This document shows, in pieces, positions 41,676 through 50,624 of a stretch of DNA of 50,990 bases; position 1 is the stretch's first letter, and every line of letters starts with the position of its first letter. A model generated the notes under the pieces. The model had not been told where the DNA came from. It was given only the letters and a program-made list of their open reading frames with translations, and searched no databases. The stretch comes from a virus. The position numbers and the translations under genes are program-made. The DNA is taken from positions 1-50,990 of the IMG/VR virus record IMGVR_UViG_3300037851_000037. The stretch is one strand, 5' to 3'.

Positions 41676-41886
41676 CGCCCTGGAAATCCCCAGGTCGACG
41701 AACCAGTGTCCGCCGGGGATGAACAACCAGGTTGCGCGGACGACGTCTGGACCCCGCGCCGGGTTACTTCCTGGACCCCTGGGGGAACAGGGGGTCGGGG
41801 ACCAGGGCGCGCCGCCCTTTACGCGTATACAGGGGGACCAGGAAACACCGCGAAAAACCGTTCCCCTGGTCTATGGTTAGACGTAT

Positions 41887-42103
41887 CTTGACATATCAGG
41901 TTCGTATCAGGTTTAAAATCCCGTAACATCCCGTTATCGTTAACGTATATCAGTGAATCACTAATATCAAAACATTATGGTAATGAAAGAAAAAATTTTT
42001 CCCCCGCGTATACGCGTAAAAAGGGCGTTTGTCTGATATACTTGAATTATTCCAACTGGTTACAAGTGATATGGACCTGATATAACCTGATATACCTGAT
42101 ATT
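41887..42103. repeat. Iteron-like arrays in the AT-rich control region: 4x ATATCA(GG), then a 12-bp palindrome, then 5x (CC)TGATAT in the opposite orientation
   Basis: ATATCA-type sites at 41892, 41904, 41946 and 41963. Palindrome cgcgtatacgcg at 42004-42015. TGATAT sites at 42033, 42066, 42077, 42087 and 42096, the last three as CCTGATATA at 9-10 bp spacing. Confidence 0.75.
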
Positions 42104-42223
42104 TTAAATTCGGGGGTCAAAGGCGGGACAAAGTATTCGGGGGGAGTATATAAAAAGGCGGCGGGGAAGTCAATAAAAAAGCGATTGACTTTAAAGAAAA
42201 AACCGCCGACAATATAACACAAG

Positions 42224-42271
42224 TCCGTCGGGGGTCCCGCCCTGGTTCCTAAAGGTCGGGGACCCCCGGCG
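42224..42271 (+). other. 14-bp-stem hairpin in the terS leader
   Basis: ccgtcgggggtccc (42224-42237) pairs with gggacccccggcgg (42258-42271), including one G-T pair, around a 20-nt loop. It ends 28 nt before the terS ATG. Confidence 0.6.
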
Positions 42272-42298
42272 GAATAACATAACTGGACGGATTACCCG

Positions 42299-42730
42299 AT
42301 GGATAAAAAAGAACAATGTCGAATTAAATTACTGGAATATTTAGGCGACCCCGAAAATGAACCCCTGTCCCGCGCCGGACTTGCGTCCCGCGTCCTGGGG
42401 TTACGAAACCGAACCGGCCTTTATCGAGTATTCACAGTCCAGGAATTGTCCGACATCGAATCGGAAGCGTTAAAGGTCCGGCGTGAACGATGCGCGCGAC
42501 ATTCGTTTTCCGTCGACCGGGCGTTACTGAAAAAGGCGACGGCGGGGGATGTCAAGGCGGCGGAACTGTATTACAAGCGGATAGAGGGATGGAACGAAAA
42601 ACAGGTCGTTTCCATCGCCCCGTCCCTGGACGAAATCCGCGCCCTTGCGGTCGCCCAGGGTTACGACCCCGACGAATTCGTCGCCGTTTACCTGGGCGTT
42701 AAATCAAAGGGTCGGGGAATTGTCGAATAA
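42299..42730 (+). CDS. terS: Terminase small subunit (HTH DNA-binding)
   Basis: 143 aa. It is the first gene of the rightward unit and lies directly upstream of terL. KATAGDVKAAELYYKRIEGWNEKQ resembles the conserved TerS motif. Confidence 0.65.
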   Translation: MDKKEQCRIKLLEYLGDPENEPLSRAGLASRVLGLRNRTGLYRVFTVQELSDIESEALKVRRERCARHSFSVDRALLKKATAGDVKAAELYYKRIEGWNEKQVVSIAPSLDEIRALAVAQGYDPDEFVAVYLGVKSKGRGIVE

Positions 42731-44066
42731 CAGTAACGCCGCCGACCTGATTCCGACGACCGGGGAACCCGACATCGCCCTGGTCGAAACCCTTTACATA
42801 ATGCGACGAAAACGCGCGGAAAGAACCCGCGCCGCGTTACTGGACCATCAAAAGGTCCCGACCGGACCCTGGTCGACCTGGGTTATTATGGCGGGTCGCG
42901 GGTCCGGGAAAACATACGCGGGCGTTAACGCGGTCGTCGAACATTTACGGGAATTCGGTCCAGACGCCTGGGTTATGATTATCGCCCCGACCGGCGACGA
43001 CGCGCGGGACGTTATTTTAGAGGGTCCGTCCGGGTTATGGACCCTGTTCCGAAACGAATTCGTTTCCTATCATCGAACCCTTTTAAAATTGAAACATATC
43101 GGCGGCGGACAGGTAAAGGTTTTTTCCGGCGACGAACCGAACCGATTACGCGGTCCCCAGTCGACCCTTTTATGGATTGATGAAATCGCAATCCAGGACG
43201 ACGAAACAATCGATAACGCCCGGTTCGGAAACCGCCTGGGACCCGACCCGAAGTTTATCGCGACGACGACCCCGAAAAAACGGGCGTCGTTAAAGTCGTT
43301 ACTAAACGAACCCGGCGTCGTCGTTACCAGGGCGACGACGGACGACAATCCCCATTTGTCCGAAAAGGCGCGCGTTCGCCTTTATGATAAATACGGCGGG
43401 ACCCGCCTGGGACGACAGGAATTAAAGGGCGAACTGATAGAGGACATCGACGGCGCGATGTTTAAATCCGCCTGGATAGACGACGCCCGCGTTTCTGTCG
43501 CGCCGGAACTGGAACGGGTCGTCGTCGCAATCGACCCGGCGGCGTCGACCCCGGCGTCGAACGGCGCGGGGAAAAAGGCGCGCCGGAAAAAGGGCGCGGA
43601 AACCGGACAGGTCGTCGCCGGTCGCGGGGTCGACGGGGATTATTACGTCCTGTTCGGCGACGGATACCGCGTAACCCCTGGGACCTGGGCGCGCAAGGCG
43701 ATTGAATTATACGACCAGTTCGGCGCGGACCATATCATCGGCGAAAAGAATAATGGCGGCGATATGGTCGAACATACCATCCGACAGGAATGGGACGACG
43801 CGCCTTTTTCGACGGTATGGGCGTCCAGGGGGAAGTCGACCAGGGCGGAACCTGTCGCGTTACTTTGCGAACAGGGTCGCGTACATTTCGTCGGCGTATT
43901 CCCCGAACTGGAAAACCAGTTATACGCGTTTCCGGTAGAGGACGAATTAAAGGACATACTGGACGCGTTCGTATGGGCGATAACGTTTTTAATGGACGAC
44001 GACGGAAACGAAACCCTTTTAATGTCAAGGTTAGGCGATGGGAAATTTAGCAATTCGGCGAACTGA
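42720..44066 (+). CDS. terL: Terminase large subunit (ATPase plus nuclease)
   Basis: Walker A IMAGRGSGKTYAG, Walker B TLLWIDEIA and nuclease Asp VVAIDPAAS. The start is proposed at TTG 42720 (SD aaagggtcgggg). The track start at 42645 would overlap terS by 86 nt, so the start is uncertain. Confidence 0.85.
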   Translation: MSNNSNAADLIPTTGEPDIALVETLYIMRRKRAERTRAALLDHQKVPTGPWSTWVIMAGRGSGKTYAGVNAVVEHLREFGPDAWVMIIAPTGDDARDVILEGPSGLWTLFRNEFVSYHRTLLKLKHIGGGQVKVFSGDEPNRLRGPQSTLLWIDEIAIQDDETIDNARFGNRLGPDPKFIATTTPKKRASLKSLLNEPGVVVTRATTDDNPHLSEKARVRLYDKYGGTRLGRQELKGELIEDIDGAMFKSAWIDDARVSVAPELERVVVAIDPAASTPASNGAGKKARRKKGAETGQVVAGRGVDGDYYVLFGDGYRVTPGTWARKAIELYDQFGADHIIGEKNNGGDMVEHTIRQEWDDAPFSTVWASRGKSTRAEPVALLCEQGRVHFVGVFPELENQLYAFPVEDELKDILDAFVWAITFLMDDDGNETLLMSRLGDGKFSNSAN

Positions 44067-45411
44067 TAAACGACCGGCGGTTCCAGGGACCGTGATAATG
44101 GGTCCGGTAAACCGCGCGTCGAACGTTATCCCGTTCCAGGAAAAGTCCGTTCCATCGTATAAACTGATTCCGTCGACCATCGCCGACCGTCCGATATATA
44201 CATCCTGGTCGACGGATGTCGCGGTCCAGTTCGGTTATAAGGCGGCGACCTGGGTTTACGCCTGTATCACGAAACGAATGAAGGCGGCGGCGTCGGTTCC
44301 CTTGAAAACCCAGGTCCAGGTCGACGGCGTATGGGTCGACCGTTACGTCCCCGGATTGTCCGATTTAATCACCCGCCCGAACAATAAATATTCGTTCCAG
44401 GATTTAACCGAAACGGTCGTTTCCCATTTAGATTTAGGGGGGAACGCCCTGTTATCGAAAGTCCGGGTCCGGGGGAAACCCGCCGAATTATGGGTTTTAC
44501 GCCCGGACAAAATTCGCCCGGTTCCGTCGACAAAGGATTACATCGGTTATTACGAATACACCGTCGACGGGAAAAAGATAAAACTGGACCCGCGCGACAT
44601 TATCCATTTTCGTTTCATCGACCCGGCGAACGAATACTGGGGGATTTCGCCGTTAATGGCGGCGGGGAAAACCGTCGATATGGAAGTCGCCGCCGTAAAC
44701 TGGAATTATTCTTCGATGAATAACCGCGCCGTCCCCGATGGTATGGTAACGTTAAAAAAGGAACTGTCGCCGAAACAGTTCGCGGAAGCGAACGCGATGT
44801 TAGAAAATCAGTTAATGGGACCGGCGAACGTCCATCGCCCGTTTGTTATGGGTTACGATGCCGATTATCGTCGGTTCGCCTTAACCCCGGCGGAAATGGA
44901 TTTCGTAAAGTCCCGCGTTTTAACCCGCGAAGAAATTTGCGCGGCGTTCGCGGTCCCGCCGCCCCTGGTCGGGATTTACGACAAGGCGACATTAACGAAC
45001 ATTGAAACCGCCCGCGTTATTTTTTGGGCGGATACGATGGTCCCGTTACTGGACGACATCCTGGACGTTTATAACTTTTGCCTGTCCCCCGAATTCGGCG
45101 CGAACGTCCGAATCGTTTACGATACGTCCGGCGTCCAGGCGTTACAAGTCCTGTTCCAGCGCAAGGTCGAAACTGGGACGAAACTGTTCGGTATGGGCGT
45201 CCCGTTCAATACAATAAACAAACGCCTGGGACTAGGGTTCGACGACATCCCCGGCGGCGATGTCGGTTACATCCCGTCGTCGATGGAACCGTCGACCGGC
45301 GGCGGCGACCTGGGGGACATCCCCGGCGGGTCCCCGCCCGGTATGGACGACGAACCCGAACCGGACGAAATCGACGAACCGGACCCCGACGACCTGGATA
45401 CCGAAGAATAA
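44038..45411 (+). CDS. Portal protein (HK97-family type)
   Basis: 457 aa. Position after terL, motifs WVYACITKRMKAAASVPL and GNALLSK...WGISPL, and an acidic C-terminus. An alternative start is at 44098. Confidence 0.8.
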   Translation: MGNLAIRRTDKRPAVPGTVIMGPVNRASNVIPFQEKSVPSYKLIPSTIADRPIYTSWSTDVAVQFGYKAATWVYACITKRMKAAASVPLKTQVQVDGVWVDRYVPGLSDLITRPNNKYSFQDLTETVVSHLDLGGNALLSKVRVRGKPAELWVLRPDKIRPVPSTKDYIGYYEYTVDGKKIKLDPRDIIHFRFIDPANEYWGISPLMAAGKTVDMEVAAVNWNYSSMNNRAVPDGMVTLKKELSPKQFAEANAMLENQLMGPANVHRPFVMGYDADYRRFALTPAEMDFVKSRVLTREEICAAFAVPPPLVGIYDKATLTNIETARVIFWADTMVPLLDDILDVYNFCLSPEFGANVRIVYDTSGVQALQVLFQRKVETGTKLFGMGVPFNTINKRLGLGFDDIPGGDVGYIPSSMEPSTGGGDLGDIPGGSPPGMDDEPEPDEIDEPDPDDLDTEE

Positions 45412-45418
45412 ATAACGG

Positions 45419-47677
45419 ATGAAACCGCGCCGTAAATTGATAACGCCGATTCCCCGCGTTTACGCGGCGGGACCGGCGGTCGTCGCCCGACGACCCGGAC
45501 TGTTCGTCGTAAAGGCGGCGGGCGATATTTACGGCGCGGGGATTACGTCCCCCCTTGCGCGCCCGACCGGAACCGGCGCGCCCCGACCGGCGCGACAGTT
45601 TCCCCAGGGTCCGTTCCCCTGGGAAAAACCCATCCCGATAAATTCCCGCGACATCGAAGTCGAATTACGGCGTTATATGGACCCGGCGGAAAAACGGGTC
45701 GCCCGCGTTTTATATTCGACCTGGAACGCCGAACGGGACGCGATTAAATACCAGGAATTACGGAACGCGGTCCGCGACGGCGACCTGGACCCCGCCTGGA
45801 TTGCGCGATGGAAAAGGGATTACGCGAATTATGTAAATACGACCCTGGACCCGGAATGGCGAAACGGATGGGTCCAGGGCGGCGACTATACCGCGAAAAA
45901 TGTCGCCCGCGCCCTGGGCGTTTCGTATGATTTTCCGAAAGTCGGAAAACGGATGGATAACTGGGTTTCCGCGCGCGGCGCGGAATTAACCGTTGATCTA
46001 TACCAGGAACAGGTCCGCGCCGTCCGTAACATCGTCCGACATTACGCCGTCGACCAGGGCGTCGGACCGAAAGTCCTGGACAAGTATATCCGTCCGGTTA
46101 TCGGTTTAACCGAACGGGAAGCGGCGGCGGTCGCGCGCCGTCGGGACCTGTTAACCATCGCCGGGTTATCCGAAAAGGAAATAACCCATCGGACGGAACA
46201 GTATTCGGGGTTCCTGTTACGGCGGCGCGCGGAACGAATCGCCCGGACGGAAACCGCGTTCGCGTATGAATACGGAACATTCGACGGAATTAAAACCGCC
46301 CAGGAACAGGGATTATTTAACGATTACATCGTAATCAAAAAATATTCGACATCGGCGGACGAACGGACCTGTCCATTTTGTTCGGAACTGGACGAACAAA
46401 CCATCGGAATCGATGAAACGTTCCCCGGCGTAACCGACAAATTACCGAACGTCCTGGTCCCGCCGGTTCATCCGAATTGTCGATGTACTGTAATTTACGA
46501 AGTCGTCCCGATGTCCCAGGTCGCGCGGAACAATGTCAAACCGGCGAAACCCCATCCGGGCGCGCCCGCGTCCCCGCCGACGACCGATGTCCCGCCGTCC
46601 GTCGACGACATCCCGCCGAATGTTACCGCGCCGCCGATTCCGACATCGACGAACCCGACGCCGAAACCGCCGACGCCCGCGCCGAAACCGATTCCCGCGC
46701 CGCCGGTAACGATTACGGTTCCGCCCGCGCCGCCGACGCCGGGGATTACGACGACCCCGCCGGAACCGATTCCACCGAAACCCAGGAAACCGCGCGCGCC
46801 GAAACCCGCCGCGCCGCCGACGGATGTCCCGCCGTCGAACGTCGTCCCGGAAAAGGGATGGTTCCCGGCGGAATCGATACCGGAAGCGCGCGCCCGCCTG
46901 GAACGACATATCGCCGACGGCGGTACGGGATACATTGGACCGTATGGAAAACCTTTTCCATATTCCCCTGGAAAGTCGTCGGTTACGTTCGAAAAGGAAA
47001 TGTCGGACGTTCGCCGCCTGGAAATGTTAAATACTATCGACGCCGAAATTACGCGATGTCGTTCCATCGGGGACGCCTGCCCGAATATTTTACAGGTTAA
47101 ATCATTGGACAATAGGGGCGCGGCGGGGATGTATTCGCCGCCGAGATTGAAATATAAAAAAGGAAAAGGGTTCGTCGTCGAAAGTCCGATAATTTCGACG
47201 AACCGCCGGTTAACCGGCGCGCCTTTGGGGACCGGCGAAAATTACGCGGCGATGTTAACGAAACGGTCGTCGATAGATGGGACCGTTCGTGACTGGGCGG
47301 CGTTACGCGTTTATGAGGAAACAAAGTTATCGACAGATTTAATCGGGTTAACAATCCGCCACGAATGGGGACATTTATATCATAGACATTGCGGTTATGA
47401 CGCCGCCGACAAGGTCGGACAGGCGTTAACGAAAGAATGGTTCGACTTTTACATTAAGCATAAAAAAGCGGGGACGTTACGTAATTACGTTTCTGAATAT
47501 GCGCGGGATACTGAGGGGGAAGCGTTCGCCGAAATGTTTACCATTTATTCGTCGCCGAAGTTCGTCCCCGGTTCCATCGATGCTGTTTTCGGACAGGGGT
47601 CGGAAAACCTAATGTCCCAGATTATTAAAAAGGGGACGGAAATCGCCCGTAAACAAATAGGGGTCCCGAAAGCATAA
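45419..47677 (+). CDS. MuF / SPP1 gp7-like head morphogenesis protein fused by a ~100-aa Pro-rich linker to a C-terminal HExxH zinc-metalloprotease-like domain
   Basis: 752 aa. MuF signature ARTETAFAYEYG...ERTCPFCSELDEQ...VPPVHPNCRCTVIY. Linker PKPPTPAPKPIPAPP.... C-terminal HEWGH (47360-47374) and, about 55 aa later, EGEAFAEMF. Confidence 0.75.
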   Translation: MKPRRKLITPIPRVYAAGPAVVARRPGLFVVKAAGDIYGAGITSPLARPTGTGAPRPARQFPQGPFPWEKPIPINSRDIEVELRRYMDPAEKRVARVLYSTWNAERDAIKYQELRNAVRDGDLDPAWIARWKRDYANYVNTTLDPEWRNGWVQGGDYTAKNVARALGVSYDFPKVGKRMDNWVSARGAELTVDLYQEQVRAVRNIVRHYAVDQGVGPKVLDKYIRPVIGLTEREAAAVARRRDLLTIAGLSEKEITHRTEQYSGFLLRRRAERIARTETAFAYEYGTFDGIKTAQEQGLFNDYIVIKKYSTSADERTCPFCSELDEQTIGIDETFPGVTDKLPNVLVPPVHPNCRCTVIYEVVPMSQVARNNVKPAKPHPGAPASPPTTDVPPSVDDIPPNVTAPPIPTSTNPTPKPPTPAPKPIPAPPVTITVPPAPPTPGITTTPPEPIPPKPRKPRAPKPAAPPTDVPPSNVVPEKGWFPAESIPEARARLERHIADGGTGYIGPYGKPFPYSPGKSSVTFEKEMSDVRRLEMLNTIDAEITRCRSIGDACPNILQVKSLDNRGAAGMYSPPRLKYKKGKGFVVESPIISTNRRLTGAPLGTGENYAAMLTKRSSIDGTVRDWAALRVYEETKLSTDLIGLTIRHEWGHLYHRHCGYDAADKVGQALTKEWFDFYIKHKKAGTLRNYVSEYARDTEGEAFAEMFTIYSSPKFVPGSIDAVFGQGSENLMSQIIKKGTEIARKQIGVPKA

Positions 47678-47901
47678 TGGAACCGTTATCGACAAAATGT
47701 CGGCGATGTAACTGGTTCATCCGGTCGCGATGGGACGACCGCCTGGAACGGTTCGTCAATTCCTGTCAAGCGTATCCCGAAACCGCCGGTAAAGAAATCC
47801 CGTATACGATTTTCCTGGAACGCGAAACCCATAACCTTGTCCGCGACGGACAGGTCGGTATTTTTACCTTTACACCGTTTATCGAATCAGGTAACATTTA
47901 A
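47677..47901 (+). CDS. Small hypothetical protein (74 aa, CxxC)
   Basis: ORF coupled by TAATG to the upstream gene. Confidence 0.55.
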   Translation: MEPLSTKCRRCNWFIRSRWDDRLERFVNSCQAYPETAGKEIPYTIFLERETHNLVRDGQVGIFTFTPFIESGNI

Positions 47902-47912
47902 CAGGGGATAAA

Positions 47913-49133
47913 ATGATGGACTTTAAAACCTTTGCCTGTCAATTCGACGTTAAGGCGGACGGCGACGGTCGGACGATAACCGGATACGCGTCGACATTCG
48001 GTCCGCCCGCCGACGCCGTCGGCGATGTCGTCGATACCGGCGCGTTCAAGAAAACGATAAAAGAGGGGGGACCCCCGAAGTCGCGTCGGATTAAACTGTT
48101 ATGGTTACATCGCGACCCCCTGGGACTTCCGACCGTTCTTAAAGAGGACGACCGGGGTTTATATTTCGAGGCGCGCGTTACGAAAACCCAGTTCGGTAAC
48201 GACTGCCTGGAATACATCCGGGACGGCGTCGTCGATAAAATGTCCATCGGATACAATACAATCCGCGCGACGAAAAACCCGGAAACGGGTTACAACCATT
48301 TAAAAGAAATCGCCCTGTTCGAAATTTCGCCGGTTCCGTTTCCGGCGAACCTTGCGACGGACATCCTGGGCGTAAAGTCGTTAATCCAGTCCGGCGCGGT
48401 TACGCCCCAGGCGTTCATTAACGCCCTGGTTTCCGCGTTCGGATTGAAACAGGACGCGGCGGGATTGTTCGTTCCCGAATCGGAAAAGGGCGCGACCCGG
48501 TTCCGCGATTTACCTTTGACGCCCCGGGACCGCGCCTGGGACGCGACCGCCGCCGACCGTCGGGTCCGCGAATGGGCGGACGCCGCCGACGGTCCGAACG
48601 AAAATTATTCCCGCGCGTTTTTCTGGTTCGATAACGAAAATCCTGAAAATTTCGGGTCGTATAAACTGGGGTTCGCCGACATCGTTAACGACGAACTGGT
48701 CGCCGTCCCCCAGGGAATCATCGCCGCCGCCGCCGCGTTACAAGGCGCGCGCGGCGGGGTCGACATCCCGGACGACGATGTCGCCGGGGTCCGCGCCCAT
48801 ATCGCCCGGTATTATGAAAAAATGTCCCGCGAATTCGACAATCCAAATATAATCCCGCCCTGGGACCGTTCCGACCCGACGGTCGCCGACCTTGCGGAAA
48901 AGGTCGACGCCCTGTCGTTACGACTGGACGCCCTGGGCGGTTCGTCGGTTTCACCTGTCCCCCAGGGCGCGCCGTCCGACCAGGACACCCGCCCGACGGA
49001 TACGCCGAAATCCGACCCGACCCCCGGCGACCCGGTCCCCGACCAGTCGCCCGAAACCGCGACAGGCGACCAGTTAAAGTCCCTGTCGGAATCAATCGAA
49101 CAATCCCTTAACCTTTTGAGAAAAGGAAACTAA
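47913..49133 (+). CDS. Prohead protease (HK97/S78 family) with a C-terminal scaffold-like extension
   Basis: 406 aa. Contains ITGYASTFGPPADAVGDVVDTGAFKKTI, LLWLHRDPLGLP and FEISPVPFPAN. The C-terminal half is acidic and helical. Confidence 0.8.
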   Translation: MMDFKTFACQFDVKADGDGRTITGYASTFGPPADAVGDVVDTGAFKKTIKEGGPPKSRRIKLLWLHRDPLGLPTVLKEDDRGLYFEARVTKTQFGNDCLEYIRDGVVDKMSIGYNTIRATKNPETGYNHLKEIALFEISPVPFPANLATDILGVKSLIQSGAVTPQAFINALVSAFGLKQDAAGLFVPESEKGATRFRDLPLTPRDRAWDATAADRRVREWADAADGPNENYSRAFFWFDNENPENFGSYKLGFADIVNDELVAVPQGIIAAAAALQGARGGVDIPDDDVAGVRAHIARYYEKMSREFDNPNIIPPWDRSDPTVADLAEKVDALSLRLDALGGSSVSPVPQGAPSDQDTRPTDTPKSDPTPGDPVPDQSPETATGDQLKSLSESIEQSLNLLRKGN

Positions 49134-49136
49134 CGT

Positions 49137-50555
49137 ATGGAACTGAAACAAGTTGTCGACCAGTTACAGGCGCAAGTCGCCGAAATGTTAAAACTGGTCC
49201 AGGACAGGGACGCCCAGTTAAAGGAAATCGGCGCGGTTCGTTCCGACCTTGCGAAGCGTATCGACGCCCAGGACGCCCGGATTATGGAACTGGTCGAACA
49301 GGCGAAAGCCGCGACCGCCCGCGCCGACGAATTAGAGAAAAAGGCGGGTCGCGTTCCGTTCGGCGGCGACGACGCCCCGAAGTCGTTCGGCGAACAGTTC
49401 ATCGGGTCCGAACAGTACAAGGAAATGGTCGCCCGTAAATCCCTGTCGTCCCATCCGTTCGAAATCAAGGGGTCGATGTTAAAGGCGATTACGTCCGACC
49501 CACTGTCGGCGGGCGCGATGGTTATCCCGATGCGCGTCCCCGAAATCATCGTTCCGCCGACCCGCGCGTTACGGTTACGCGACCTGTTAACCGTCGATTC
49601 GACCGGGTCGAACGCGGTCGAATATGTCCAGGAAATCGGGTTTTCGAACCTGTATACCATCCTGACAGCCGATGCGCTCGCCGCCGCGACGGACATCGTC
49701 GTCGAATCGGTCGCCGGACTTTATGTCGGACAGACCATTAACATCGGCGGGGAAAACCGCGTTATCGCCGCCGACGGAATCGACGAAGATACGAACACCG
49801 TAATCATCACCGTCGGGTTAACCGCCGGTAAAACCGCCGGGGACCCGGTTACGTCGAAATTCTTCGCCCCGACCGCCGAAGGGAAAACGAAACCCGAAGG
49901 GAACATCGCGTACGAACTGAAATCCGTTCCGGTTCGGACCATCGCGCACCTGATTCCGGTTTCCCGTCAAATTTTGGCGGACGCGTCCCAGTTACGGGGA
50001 CAGATTGATTCCCGTCTGATTTACGGACTGTCCCTGGTCGAGGAGGAACAAGTCCTTTACGGCGACGGGACCGGCGAAAACATCCTGGGGATTATGGCGA
50101 ACATCGCCTGTCAATCTTACAACTGGTCCCAGGGGAAAGTCGGGGATACCGTTATCGACGCGATTCGGCGCGCGATGACCCTTGCGCGTATCGCCGAATA
50201 TCCGGTCGACGGCGTCGTCGTTCATCCGACGGACTGGGAAGAAATCGAACTGACAAAGGATTCCGAATCCCGGTATATCTGGATTTCGGTTAACGACGGC
50301 GGACAGCCCCGGTTATGGCGGGTCCCGGTCGTCGATACGACCGCGATTCGGGTCGGCGAATTCCTGGTCGGCGCGTTCAAAATGGGCGCGACCCTTTACG
50401 ACCGCGAACAATCGATGATTCGGGTTTCCGATTCTCATAAAGACTTTTTCGGGAAAAACCTGCTCGCTCTGCTCGCCGAGGAACGCGCCGCCCTTGCGAC
50501 GTTCCGCCCGGAAGCGTTTGTTAAGGGCGCGTTCGACGAAGCCCCGTCCGTATAA
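49137..50555 (+). CDS. Major capsid protein (HK97 fold) with an N-terminal delta-like coiled coil
   Basis: 472 aa. N-terminal coiled coil MELKQVVDQLQAQVAEMLKLVQ..., then LRLRDLLTVDSTGSNAVEYVQE, which is typical of HK97-type MCPs. It follows the protease gene and is followed by a strong hairpin. Confidence 0.85.
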   Translation: MELKQVVDQLQAQVAEMLKLVQDRDAQLKEIGAVRSDLAKRIDAQDARIMELVEQAKAATARADELEKKAGRVPFGGDDAPKSFGEQFIGSEQYKEMVARKSLSSHPFEIKGSMLKAITSDPLSAGAMVIPMRVPEIIVPPTRALRLRDLLTVDSTGSNAVEYVQEIGFSNLYTILTADALAAATDIVVESVAGLYVGQTINIGGENRVIAADGIDEDTNTVIITVGLTAGKTAGDPVTSKFFAPTAEGKTKPEGNIAYELKSVPVRTIAHLIPVSRQILADASQLRGQIDSRLIYGLSLVEEEQVLYGDGTGENILGIMANIACQSYNWSQGKVGDTVIDAIRRAMTLARIAEYPVDGVVVHPTDWEEIELTKDSESRYIWISVNDGGQPRLWRVPVVDTTAIRVGEFLVGAFKMGATLYDREQSMIRVSDSHKDFFGKNLLALLAEERAALATFRPEAFVKGAFDEAPSV

Positions 50556-50574
50556 CATCGGTCCGCGCAATCCA

Positions 50575-50602
50575 GGCGCGGGGGGACTGTTCCCCCCGCG
50601 CC
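50575..50602 (+). terminator. Hairpin (probable terminator/attenuator) after the capsid gene
   Basis: ggcgcgggggg (50575-50585) pairs with ccccccgcgcc (50592-50602) around a 6-nt loop. It has the same G6/C6 architecture as the post-sheath hairpin. Confidence 0.55.
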
Positions 50603-50624
50603 TTAACCATAACAGGGGGACAGG

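Noticed and set aside
41706-41926. Two overlapping + strand ORFs (61 and 64 aa) that could have been Cro-like regulators
   Set aside because: They have non-ATG or weak starts, no SD, Gly/Pro/Arg-rich composition and no helix-turn-helix pattern.
41887-42103. TGATAT repeat cluster considered as a CRISPR-like array
   Set aside because: The repeats are only 6-9 bp, at 9-12 bp spacing, in both orientations. No spacers and no cas genes are present.
42184-42214. Possible rightward promoter TTGACT-N17-GACAAT, and TTGACA-N18-TTTAAA at 41887-41916
   Set aside because: I did not list these as features. The -10 elements are weak or the spacing is non-optimal, and I cannot discriminate between them without transcription start data. 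They are mentioned only in the control-region finding.
41950-42222. 90-aa minus-strand ORF in the AT-rich control region
   Set aside because: It has no SD, atypical codons, and a Phe/Ile-rich junk sequence. The region is better explained by the repeat arrays.
46442-47112. Antisense and alternative-frame ORFs over the Pro-rich linker (155-207 aa, Arg- or Gly-rich)
   Set aside because: They are low-complexity artefacts of CCG/CGG-rich sequence. Many similar Arg-rich shadow ORFs (for example 23501-24085, 39443-40135, 27331-27948) arise because CpG-rich coding DNA lacks stops in other frames.
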